A stretch of DNA of 63,860 nt, filler included, from Octopus bimaculoides (Eukaryota), in assembly GCF_001194135.2 (NCBI RefSeq). It is 4 parts of 3 records of this genome, joined end to end, with 100 filler letters (N's around TTAATTAATTAA, not from the genome) between each part and the next. Parts side by side here need not be neighbours in the genome. Positions count along the whole stretch, not along the records: positions 27,144 to 53,264 come from NC_068981.1; positions 53,365 to 63,860 come from NC_068990.1; 2 more parts are not named here. One strand, given 5' to 3'. Below are positions 52,330 to 63,860 of the stretch, piece by piece; the stretch's first letter is position 1; each line of letters starts with the position of its first letter. Both the position numbers and the translations under genes were made by a program. The notes beneath the pieces were generated by a model. It saw nothing but the letters and a program-made list of their open reading frames with translations. It searched no databases and had not been told where the DNA came from.

Positions 52330-53262
52330 ATTTTAATGTGTCTATGAAATCTTTTGACATAATTTAAAATACCTTGTATTCCTGGAAATAGAATTCAAAC
52401 TTTTCAAAAGTATTTTATATTGTATGCTTTTGCTGACATGATTTTTATTTAATGATGGTGTATTTGAATTTTTCTCACATTAAATCTCTTCTTTTACATT
52501 TTACTTAGTAATGATAGGTCTTTCTATGCATTCTTTCAGTTTTACGTGGTATATTTTTTTGTACTTTTTGGGAGTAGGATTTATTAGAGAGTGTGAATCT
52601 ATTAAAAAATCAATAGAGAAGATCCTCAAGATGTTGGTGCTTTTCAACACCAAATGTCTGAAAACTGCTTAATGGGGCATTTGGTTGCATTCAAACACAA
52701 TCTGAGAAATGGTTGCGTCATGATTATCATTATTTCCATTTTATTTCTCAGAGCTCTTGATTTTACTTGCTCTAGCTAATTCCATAAGACTGGACAACAA
52801 TCTGTTATAAAGGCTCTCACAGATCTCTTTCTTTGATACATAACATCCAAGTACCATTCTCAAAATCCTCGCTGTCCCCAATAAAGCAGTTTTTTGAGCA
52901 TGTTCTACCCTTAAGTTTTGTGGCTATTTGTATTAGTTTTCCTTGCTTCTGGAGTAGGTATTTTTGCAGTCCTATGGTGGTTATTTTATAATAGTTTTCT
53001 AGCTGTATAAGACCCCTGCCACCTTCTGTGTGTTGTATATATATAGCCTTTCTATGTCAGATTTTGGGTAGTGCATCCTATATCCTGTCATTATTTTTCT
53101 TGTTTTCCCGTCTATTTTAGATAGTTCGTTTAGTGTCCAGTTAAGGATGTTGTAGCTGTAGCTTATAACTGGGACAGCTAAGTGTTGATACCCATTATCT
53201 TGTTTTTAGCATTGAGCTCTGTTTTTAGTATTGATCTAACTCATCTATATTACTCTTTCTTT
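52330..53262 (-). mobile_element. R4/Dong-like non-LTR retrotransposon fragment
   Basis: Reverse: RVRSILKTELNAKNKIMGINT.AVPVISYSYNILNWTLNELSKIDGKTRKIMT..HYPKSDIERLY..EGGRGLIQLE. Confidence 0.85.
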
Positions 53263-54309
53263 ATNNNNNNNNNNNNNNNNNNNNNNNNNNNNNNNNNNNN
53301 NNNNNNNNTTAATTAATTAANNNNNNNNNNNNNNNNNNNNNNNNNNNNNNNNNNNNNNNNNNNNAGACACCATTTCGAGCGTGGCCGTTTTCGTGCGGGT
53401 GACACGTAAAAGCACCCACTACACTCTCTGAGTGGTTGGCGTTAGGAAGGGCATCCAGCTGTAGAAACTTTGCCAAATTAGACTGGAGCTTGGTGTTGCC
53501 ATCCGGTTTCACCAGTCCTCAGTCAAATCGTCCAACCCATGCTAGCATGGAAAGCGGACGTTAAACGATGATGATGATGATGATGATGATACATATATGT
53601 TTATATATATGTATATTTATAGATAATAAGGGATTACCCCAAAACTATTACCAGTTCGCTCTCAGTTAGGTATTCATGACATATATGTATTTATACCTAA
53701 ATGTAAGGATGCAACACTCTGTGCATTTGGGTCCGTGAGTGTGTGATTATATTTCTGATGTCAATTGAGTAATGCACTTGGGTAAGGATAGAATAGAAAG
53801 TATGGTATATGTATATTCTTTTATTCTTTTATTTGTTTCAGTCATTTGACTGCGGCCGTGCTGGAGCACCGCCTTTAGTCAAGCAAATCGACCCCGGGAC
53901 TTATTCTTTGTAAGCCTAGTACTTATTCTATCGGTCTCTTTTGCCGAACCGCTAAGTGACGGAGACATAAACACACCAGCATCGGTTGTCAAGCAATGCT
54001 AGGACGACAAACACACACACACACAAACACACACACATATACATATATATATATACATATANNNNNNNNNNNNNNNNNNNNNNNNNNNNNNNNNNNNNNN
54101 NNNNNNNNNNNNNNNNNNNNNNNNNNNNNNNNNNNNNNNNNNNNNNNNNNNNNNNNNNNNNNNNNNNNNNNNNNNNNNNNNNNNNNNNNNNNNNNNNNNN
54201 NNNNNNNNNNNNNNNNNNNNNNNNNNNNNNNNNNNNNNNNNNNNNNNNNNNNNNNNNNNNNNNNNNNNNNNNNNNNNNNNNNNNNNNNNNNACACAGCCA
54301 CTCCTGCTG

Positions 54310-54360
<51 letters not shown>

Positions 54361-54469
54361 GTACATATGTACCTAGATACGCATACACACACACATATAT
54401 ATGTATTTATATGGCTTCATAGCTGAATCGGTCAAGAAATCAGAGAAGAAATGCTAAAGGCTGAAGCGA

Positions 54470-54960
54470 AGCATAAAAATGAGAAGCCTCAGATTAACTC
54501 CCACCAAAGTTTTTGCAAGCAAGAAAGAAGATACAACTCTTCTATTATTTGGGAAATCATCCTGTTCAGTTTCCAGAAATGGAATTGTTAAATATACCAT
54601 ACATTGTATTCAATGTGAATTATGGGTGCATGTGACATTATTATGGGATTATGGTTGCGCTGACAGAGAAAGGCTTTTTATGTAATGGAGAAGCAGACGT
54701 AATTAGCAATGAAAACACCTACAAAATGTATTCCATCAAATGAATGGAAGGTCTCATCAAACTAGTTGATACCCTGGGATATCTAGGAAATCTTTACAAT
54801 AGTGGAGAGAGGCGTTCAGAAAGCATAGAAGTCTGGGTGAGAATTGAGTGGGAAAAGGTCAGGGTTCTTTTACCTCTGCTGGCAACAAAGACATTTTCTG
54901 CTGAGTGAAGGACAGATTGTATGATGCTTGAGTATGAAATTTGTTATTGAATTATAGTGG
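54470..54960 (+). mobile_element. RTE-X-like RT fragment with Cys-rich insertion
   Basis: Frameshifted TKVF..GK..CSV..IHCIQCELWVH..YLG..LLPLL..KDRLYDA pattern. Confidence 0.55.
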
Positions 54961-55029
54961 TAGGGCATTGACCGCAAATGGTTATGCTTTGCTGGATGTG
55001 TTATTTTACAAGAAGTACTGGACAGAGTT

Positions 55030-55470
55030 TGTTCAACAGGCATTGAGTTAACGTTGCTGAAGGCTCAGTTACACTGGACTAGCCATGTCATCAGAATGAC
55101 TGACAACTGTATGCCCAGACAGCTGTTGTACGGCGAGCTCATGCAGGGCTCACACAAATGAGGAAGACCTAAACTGAGGTACAAAGACACTGTGAAAAGT
55201 AACCTCAAATGGAGTGGCATTAGCCTACATGAACTCAAAGCCTCTGCTGCAGACAGATCAACATAGAGTTCTCTCACCTCACGGACAGCAGCTGCCTTCA
55301 AAGAGGACCATTGACAGCATCTCAATGCTGTAAGAGAAAGACTTCACAGGGCAGAATCTGCCTCAGTCCAGTGAACAGACTATTGCTGAGACATCTGTGG
55401 TTGCCTGTTTGCTTCCAGCTTTGGACTGCAGAGTCACATGTGCTTTCATTGCTGAGAATACAGACTTGTC
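55030..55470 (+). mobile_element. RTE-BovB-like LINE C-terminal fragment
   Basis: AQLHWTSHVIRMTDNCMPRQLLYGEL..GRPKLRYKDTVKSNLK..ADR..CGCLFASSFGLQSHM. Confidence 0.8.
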
Positions 55471-55870
55471 ATCACTGGACACCAATGGACTACCTATAAT
55501 GCTAGTATCAGTAAGCAATGTAGCATACACGTACTGAGAGAGAAAACCTGAGTGTAAGAGAAATCAAATGTAGCATGCACTGGAGGAAAATGTATTGGTA
55601 CCAACATGCAATATGTCAGGAAGACAGTAGTTGGTGAAGAAATTAAAAAAATGAATAATAAAAGAAGCAAGTAGAAGAAATATACGGAAAAGGAAGTCCA
55701 AGGAAGATAAAGGAAGAAGTAATGGGAATTGATCTGAGGTTACTAAACTTTGTGCAAGAGAGGATATAGGATTGCAACAAGTGGAAATGTCCAGACTTGC
55801 TCAACATATGAAACAATAGAAGACCAGAGGCAAAGTGAAGATATTCATTGCACTTGCTTTCTTCCTCTGA

Positions 55871-55916
<46 letters not shown>

Positions 55917-56174
55917 TTCTATATATGTATGCTGTTAGGAAGGGCATTCAGCTGCAGAAACCATGCCAAAATTATATGAGAACTCAATGCACCATTGCAG
56001 TTCACCAAATCTTGCCAAACCATCTAACACATGCCAGCATATTAAATGAATATTAAATGATAATACATGTGTGTGTGTATGTATATGTATGTTAGTGTGA
56101 GTGTGTGTATATGTGTGTGTGTGTGCATGTGTGTGTGTGTGTGTGCATGTGTGTGTGTGTGTGTGCGCGCATGT

Positions 56175-56212
<38 letters not shown>

Positions 56213-57688
56213 CACCATCATTTGCATGACATCTCAGGTTCAATCAACTGAAGCAGATTTTCTTTGCTCAGATGCAATTCCTATCACAAACTCTCACCCA
56301 TTCCCAAGCAAGATAGAATTTCTCATGGCTGAACATAATTTCATGCAAAATTGGAAAATGAAGGACACTGCTTGTACAATGTTACCTCTCATTTCTAGCT
56401 TTCACACAATGTCAAGACAAGAAAACACATACACCCACGTGCGTGCACCCAAGTAGACTTGTATGTGTACATGTACACATGCACACAGATACACAGATAC
56501 ATATCAGGGAAGTTTGCATGTCTTTCTGTTTGAGGAACAAACATGTTGGGGGATCAGCTCAAATAAACTGTGTGTATATGGATATGTTTGTGTGTGCATT
56601 GGTCTGTGTATGTGTATGTACACGTGTGTGCCTTAATGTGAATGCTTAGGAGTGGCTGTGTGGTAAGTAGCTTGCTTACCAACCACATGGTCCCGGGTTC
56701 AGTCCCACTGCATGGCATCTTGGACAAGTGTCTTCTACTATAGCCTCGGGCCGACCAAAGCCTTGTGAGTGGATTTGGTAGACAGAAACTGAAAGAAGCC
56801 CATCGTATATATGCATATATATATGTGTGTCTGTCTTTGTCCCCCCAACATCGCATGACAACCGATGCTGGTGTGTTTATGTCTCCGTAAGTTAGCGGTT
56901 CAGCAAAAGAGACCGATAGAATAAGTACTAGGCTTACAAAGAATAAGTCCTGGGGTCGATTTGCTCGGCTAAAGGTGGTGCTCCAGCATGGCCACAGTCA
57001 AATGACTGAAACAATTAAAAGAGTAAAGTGAAAGCGTATATATAAAAATTCTTACAAAAACTATATTATTTAGGAGTCTACACTTAAGTTTCCAGATCAC
57101 ATTTTCATCTTAATTTGTTATTTCCATTCAGTATTAATTAATACCAATTAAGGGATTGTTACACCTGATCTAATATTTCAACTTATTCAAATTTGTTGGC
57201 CAATGATCTTGACACAGAAAATAATCCTCAATATAGTATTTTTTAACAAAAAAGTAATTATACTCATAACAGCACTAATAATAATGATGATGATTATGAT
57301 GATGATGATAATAATATTAATAGCAATAGTAATAATATTGATATTAATAACAATAATGAACTATGTATTGCTAAACTTTAAGCAATGAAGAATTATTGTT
57401 TCATAATTATTCAGGAAAAGATGCAACTAATTATTTCGAAGTATGATCCAAAAATATAAACCAGATGAAATAAAAAGAAATAAATAAAAAGATAAAAAGA
57501 TAAATAAATAAATTGCCACTGCCAATTAAGCTGGAAGTTAATAACTTATCAAATGCTAAGAAGTGTGTCACTAATTACGTATTTGATTCAGTTGGTTTGT
57601 AAGGAATGGAATTTTCTTCTTCTTCCATAATGCATGTATGCATCCATATGTGTATGTATTGTGCATGTATGTATATACCATGTATACT

Positions 57689-57721
<33 letters not shown>

Positions 57722-58328
57722 ATGTCTATATAAATGTGTGTGTGTATGACTATATGCATAATAAACAGATATTTACACACACACACACACACACTTACAC
57801 ACACACACACACACACACACTTACACACACACATATATATATAAATATGTATATACACACATACATAGACTTATATAATTGAAGGTATATTCGGGAAAGA
57901 ACATTGTTAGTGAAAAATCAATAAAAATTATTAAATATATAGGATGTAGAGTTGAAATAATTGCTTAATAGGTAAAATTTTTGCAAATAGTTGTTTTGTT
58001 TTATTGTCTTTCATCAAGTTTTTAGAAATGGAAACATATTAGCTATTTAACAGTTATTTGACAATATATATATAACTCTGTGTTATTTCTCTTAGCTCAT
58101 TTTTGTTTAATTATGCAAATTATCTAAGCCATAAATATGTTCTACTCTTTTTATATACATCTAAGTTTCTTGGTTGAGGGAAATGTGTCTTCTCTGTAAC
58201 TTGAGTGTACACCTCATCACATTATCATCATATCCTGCTCTCCTTTCTCTTCGTTCTTCTCTCTCTCCCAAACCGAGGTAGCTAAGTTTTGAAAAATACT
58301 TGATTCTAGAGATTATCTCCCCTTCTCT

Positions 58329-58359
<31 letters not shown>

Positions 58360-58456
58360 GCACGTATAAACAAAACATTCAAACAAACACTAAGGTTTGG
58401 AATAGGATGTCACTATATGGACGCAGGAGTGGCTGTGTGGTAAGTAGCTTGCTTAC

Positions 58457-59750
58457 GTGCATGCGTTTGAGTTAGTTGCTTCTGGTTACCATTGAAGATA
58501 AACGTGTGGCTTATAGCTCCATCTAAGGAACTGAGGACACCGTCAGGGTAAGCGAATTTTGTGTGCTTATTTGACTGCAACGGAATATCAGTTCAAGCCA
58601 GGGCTGGAATACGGTGTAGCCCATTTTGTTCCTGTTGAGGATTCTGTGTTTTCCCTTTAAAAAAAAAAAATTTTTTCTTTACTTTTTCCCTGAATTGTTT
58701 TCCTTGTTTTTCTCTTCCTCCTTTTTTTTTTTAACTGCTTCTGTTTCGTTTATTAAACTATTTCTTTTTTTCTGAGCTGTCATTATTTTGAGACTTTTGT
58801 GAAAAATTATTTCCTATTAGAACTTTTAGTTATGGCAGGAGAAAAGTTAACAGAGAAGACTACTGCTTTGGAGTGGGAGATTGTCCCACCCAAGCAGTGG
58901 ATTGAAGACCTTGAGAGGAGGACGGCGGTACTACAGACCTATTCTAGATCGTGTGATGCCATTGCCCTCTTCGATAGGGATATTATCGATAAAAAGCTGG
59001 CAAAAGGTTTGCAAGTTAAACATTATTTTGTGTCCAGGGGTGTTAGATATGCAACGGTGTGGTTGCTTTTTGACACCCCTGAAGAAGCTTGCATTGCTGC
59101 AAGTCAGCCCCTAGAAGGGGAATTAATATTGTTCTTTCCCACATATTGTAGGAAGGTATGTGGTCTACCCCGGGCACCGAAGCGGGGTGGATTGGAAATA
59201 CCATCCGACAGGGCTTGGGGGATAGGGGACTCAGGCTCTTAAATGTAAAAGTGACGCCGGCGACCGATTGGCAAAGGTCAAAAGCGATTTTGACCCTGTG
59301 GAGCACATCGGCTGCGCCGAAATAGTTTTTCCAGACTTTTTTAAAATGGATGGCTGCAGGTATCCGTTGATACTTGAGGGACGCCTCTCAAAGTGTCACT
59401 CGTGCCTGGAGCCAGGCCATATTAAAAAGAACTGCCCACAGGACCATGGTAAGGTCCTGGAACAGTCACTGGAAGCCACCTCCCCTACCCGGTCAAAGTG
59501 AGAGGTGGATGTGGTTGGGGAGGCTTCAGCATCTTCAACCCAAAAAGGATTAGAAAGGAAGAAAGCGGGCAACAATGGTTGCCCGCCGAATGACCCTAAG
59601 GCTTCAGGCGGTGGGGGAGAGACTCCGGACAAAGCGGAAGAGCTCCACTCTCCCGAAGTCAGGAAGAAAAAAAAAAAAGAAAAAAGAAGCGCGAAACTCT
59701 TGGACAAGCGCGAAACTCTGGGCTGACTAAAACCATGCAAGAGGATCTAG
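58457..59750 (+). mobile_element. 5' part of a Tx1/L1-like LINE: 5' UTR plus frameshifted gag-like ORF1
   Basis: ORF from ATG 58832; CCHC knuckle C-HS-C-LEPG-H-IKKN-C at 59394-59445; basic C-terminal tail KKKKKEKRS. Confidence 0.65.
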
Positions 59751-61616
59751 TAGTTGAAAATGAATGCGCGCGCGTAGGTATGTATGTGTGTGTGTGTGTG
59801 TGTGCGTGCGCACGTGTATGTTTGCGCCTATTCGTCTTGACGCTGTGCTATTGTTGTATATGGGTGTCACTGTCATAGAAGCAGTGTTATTCCTTTGCAG
59901 ACATTCTCCCCCGACAAAGCATGTCTGGTCATGAAGACATATTACCTTGGAAGCATGTGTGAATTGGTGATAGGAAGTATATCTGGCCGAAGAAAATCTC
60001 TTTCAACAAATTCCATCTGACTCATGCAAGCATGGAAAAGTTTATGTTAAAATGATGATGATGATGATGGTGCATATTCAGAATCGAAGCCTCTAGGAAC
60101 CTCCATCAGCTATTAGCCTAAGTTTCACGTTTCATATATTTGGATAGAAGGAAAGACTAAAGCAAGAACAGTCAATGCATTTAGTAGTTTCAAAGAAAAA
60201 GTAACTGCAACAATGCTTTTTTTTATATAGGAAAAGTATGCTTAATACAACGGATGAAATGAATGGAGAAGAAAGAAAATTTCTTTAAGGGTGTTCAGAA
60301 GAATACTTGTTACCGAGTTTGCCTTGGATGCAAAGAAAAGTGTTTTCTACCTGTAGTTTATACACGTCTGGGTGAACATACTTAATGATAGGGAGCACAA
60401 ATTTATAAGCCGTTCTGTTTAATAATGAAAGGGCATAGAAAAATATATAAATTATAGATTATGGAAAATATAGTGAAAATGTTTCATGAATAGAGTTCAT
60501 TGAGTAAAGAATTTTTACAAGAAAAGGCTTATGATGTGATTATATGATAAAGTCAATCGATTTTATGTAATTAGAAGAATGCATAAGAGTAGAGGGAGAA
60601 GAATGCTTGGGAAAAAATTGGAAAAACATTTTGGTTTGTAGGGGAAAAGAATTAAGTCCTCTACTAGATGTTGAAGCTAGATAATACTCATGCAACGTTT
60701 TATACCTCTAAGGAGATAACTCTTCTTACAAGCTTTCATCTTTCTTCACGTTTCTGCACTCACATTCATATGTATACACTTTTGCTTATGGGTGCATATA
60801 CGTGAATGTAGAGGGAATATGAAAAGACGCAAAATGTTGCCTGAAACTGAAGTTTCAAATCTATTTCATTAAATTTTCCCCTGCTTACTTGTATTTCCCA
60901 GCATTCGTATTTCTTTCTGTTCTGTATATCCTTCCATTTTCTGGCATGTATAAGATATCGATTGCTTTTATAAAATCACATCACCTGACTTTTTTGAAGA
61001 AGAGCTTTACCCAATAAATTCTGTCATCGGATTTTCAACAAATTCTTCCATAATCTACAACATATATTTATATCTTTTCATGAGAAAACGGGAGCAGATT
61101 ATACAATTACATTTTTCTTTCTCTCTGCCCCATTTCTCTCCCTACCCCTCTCTCTCCCCATGTATTGAAGGCCTCGCATCGAATTCCATATTCTTCTCAA
61201 TAAGATTTCTGAAATCTTTTTGAGGCCTTCCATTTTTTGTTTCTTGCCTGTATATTTCCTCTGAAGGAGGTTTTCATGCTCCTCACTTCGTGGAAAGTAA
61301 TATACAATAGGGAATCTCTGGTCTAGTCTGAAGATCGGAAAGGTGAAAACTCGGAAGAATAATTAATGAAGTAGTCAGAGAAAAATTATTGATTATTATT
61401 GATAAATCGTAAAATTCCTGGAGTCCAAATGACATTGGGAGAAGCATCTCTGATGTTTCGAGTAATTTTCTTTCCCACCAAAGAAGAGAACGATTCTTCC
61501 AACACTGATCAAAGTTAAGAAACTTAACATTTCTACCAAGAAATATAACGTTTGCCAATACAGTCTATCAGAAGTCTCGCTGAATGTTTTTAACTTTTTA
61601 CCTACAAATCTTCATG

Positions 61617-61659
<43 letters not shown>

Positions 61660-61669
61660 NNNNNNNNNN

Positions 61670-61703
<34 letters not shown>

Positions 61704-63387
61704 ATGTGTGTGTGCTTGTATATGCATATGTGCGTGTGTATGTATATGCATGTGTGTGTTTGTATATCGCTGGAACATTGTCTTGAAGCACTAGGTCTAT
61801 CAGCTTTTACATCGACCCAGTTTGTATTCCAGTTTGCTATTTATTTTTACTAGTAAGTATATTTACATTCCGTAACAATCGCTGCGTGCTTGGATGTGTG
61901 TGTGTGTGTGTGTGCGTGTGCGTGTGTGTGTCTGTCTGTGTGTATGTGTGTGTGTCTATCTGCGTATTTGTATTCAGAAAGAGAGCGTTGATAACTTTCC
62001 TTATCATAAATGGTAAGGTGGGGTGATTGACATAAACACATTAAAGGGATATTTAACTTAATGTACTGTCATTTTTCACTTTATCAATATTCATTTTTAA
62101 TACGATTTATATATGTACCATAGATATGTCTGTTTGTATGTATGCAGGCATATAAATACGTTTATGAGTGGGTTTATATTTATGTATACAAGTATGTATG
62201 TGTTTAAGTACATCTATATCTATATCTATATCTATATATATATNNNNNNNNNNNNNNNNNNNNNNNNNNNNNNNNNNNNNNNNNNNNNNNNNNNNNNNNN
62301 NNNNNNNNNNNNNNNNNNNNNNNNNNNNNNNNNNNNNNNNNNNNNNNNNNNNNNNNNNNNNNNNNNNNNNNNNNNNNNNNNNNNNNNNNNNNNNNNNNNN
62401 NNNNNNNNNNNNNNNNNNNNNNNNNNNNNNNNNNNNNNNNNNNNNNNNNNNNNNNNNNNNNNNNNNNNNNNNNNNNNNNNNNNNNNNNNNNNNNNNNNNN
62501 NNNNNNNNNNNNNNNNNNNNNNNNNNNNNNNNNNNNNNNNNNNNNNNNNNNNNNNNNNNNNNNNNNNNNNNNNNNNNNNNNNNNNNNNNNNNNNNNNNNN
62601 NNNNNNNNNNNNNNNNNNNNNNNNNNNNNNNNNNNNNNNNNNNNNNNNNNNNNNNNNNNNNNNNNNNNNNNNNNNNNNNNNNNNNNNNNNNNNNNNNNNN
62701 NNNNNNNNNNNNNNNNNNNNNNNNNNNNNNNNNNNNNNNNNNNNNNNNNNNNNNNNNNNNNNNNNNNNNNNNNNNNNNNNNNNNNNNNNNNNNNNNNNNN
62801 NNNNNNNNNNNNNNNNNNNNNNNNNNNNNNNNNNNNNNNNNNNNNNNNNNNNNNNNNNNNNNNNNNNNNNNNNNNNNNNNNNNNNNNNNNNNNNNNNNNN
62901 NNNNNNNNNNNNNNNNNNNNNNNNNNNNNNNNNNNNNNNNNNNNNNNNNNNNNNNNNNNNNNNNNNNNNNNNNNNNNNNNNNNNNNNNNNNNNNNNNNNN
63001 NNNNNNNNNNNNNNNNNNNNNNNNNNNNNNNNNNNNNNNNNNNNNNNNNNNNNNNNNNNNNNNNNNNNNNNNNNNNNNNNNNNNNNNNACAGTTTCCATT
63101 TGCCATCTTCACTAACAAGGGATAGGTCGGTCTGGGGCTATAGTAGAAAACACTTGCTCAAGGTTCTGTACAGTGGGAGTGTCCCCAAACCTATTGGTTA
63201 CAAAGCAATCTTCTTTACCACACAGCCACTATTGCACCTAATGTCAATACAGAAAGAATTTACCACGTATATTCGTATGGCGTTTTGACTTATAACTATA
63301 TCTCTATCGTCTATATTTATACTGCTAGTGACCACTGAGTTGTTAGCTATTTCTCATAGCTCATCTTCATGTGTGTATGTGTGTGTG

Positions 63388-63441
63388 TGTTTCGGCCAGC
63401 TAAGCCATCGTCGGACGATGACTTAGCTGGCCGAAGTTGTC
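63388..63441. repeat. 45-bp near-perfect palindrome built from a hammerhead-like motif
   Basis: ttcggccagctaag-c-catcgtc-g-gacgatg-a-cttagctggccgaa. Confidence 0.85.
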
Positions 63442-63860
63442 ACTGTCAATAATATTCTTAAGAATAATATATACAGATACGCTCATAAGGGATAAACATC
63501 CCTCTAGTAAACATCCATTAATTTTATATCACCTGAAGAACTGAATCCATGAGGATGATCTACCCGATGCCCACGGATAATACGGACTACACTATAATCA
63601 TCCAAGGAATATGGACTGTGATATTAAGAGACATGTGATTTGTGGAAACGTGCGTAGCAATGCATTAAATGCTTATACATTCCATTCAAGGATTATTGTT
63701 ATTATTAGTATATTTATCCTACTTCATATCGGTACAGCTCGATGCAATCCTCAGAACTCGTTCACTAGTCAGCAACATTAGACTGTGGCCGGAATAGAAG
63801 CTTTATTTACATGTTCAAAACGTTTCCGGAAAGAAATTATATATATATATATATATATAT

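Overview
AT-rich, microsatellite-dense animal genomic DNA with many N-gaps. The repeat families and an invertebrate-type IL-17 suggest a coleoid cephalopod, probably Octopus (inference, not verified). The only well-supported host gene is an interleukin-17-like gene on the + strand. Its predicted exon 1 contributes only the ATG (19506-19508, donor GTAAGT) and splices in frame to exon 2 (22235-22768), giving 178 aa with a signal peptide and cystine-knot motifs. A kappaB-like site and TATA box lie upstream; AU-rich elements and a perfect 74-bp-arm hairpin lie downstream. The rest is decayed mobile DNA: R4/Dong-like, HERO-like, Tx1/L1-like, CR1-like and RTE LINEs, two Penelope-like elements, two mariners, MITEs and several tRNA-derived SINE families. 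The most notable finding is a set of minimal hammerhead-ribozyme motifs. One (8504-8549) sits behind a tRNA-derived Pol III head and shows a compensatory base-pair change relative to a second copy (5547-5592). Also notable are a LINE/SINE shared 3' tail, a Tx1-like 5' end fused to a SINE head, and a 1.3-kb unit bounded by ~148-bp inverted repeats. TE boundaries are approximate and family assignments come from recalled motifs, not database searches.
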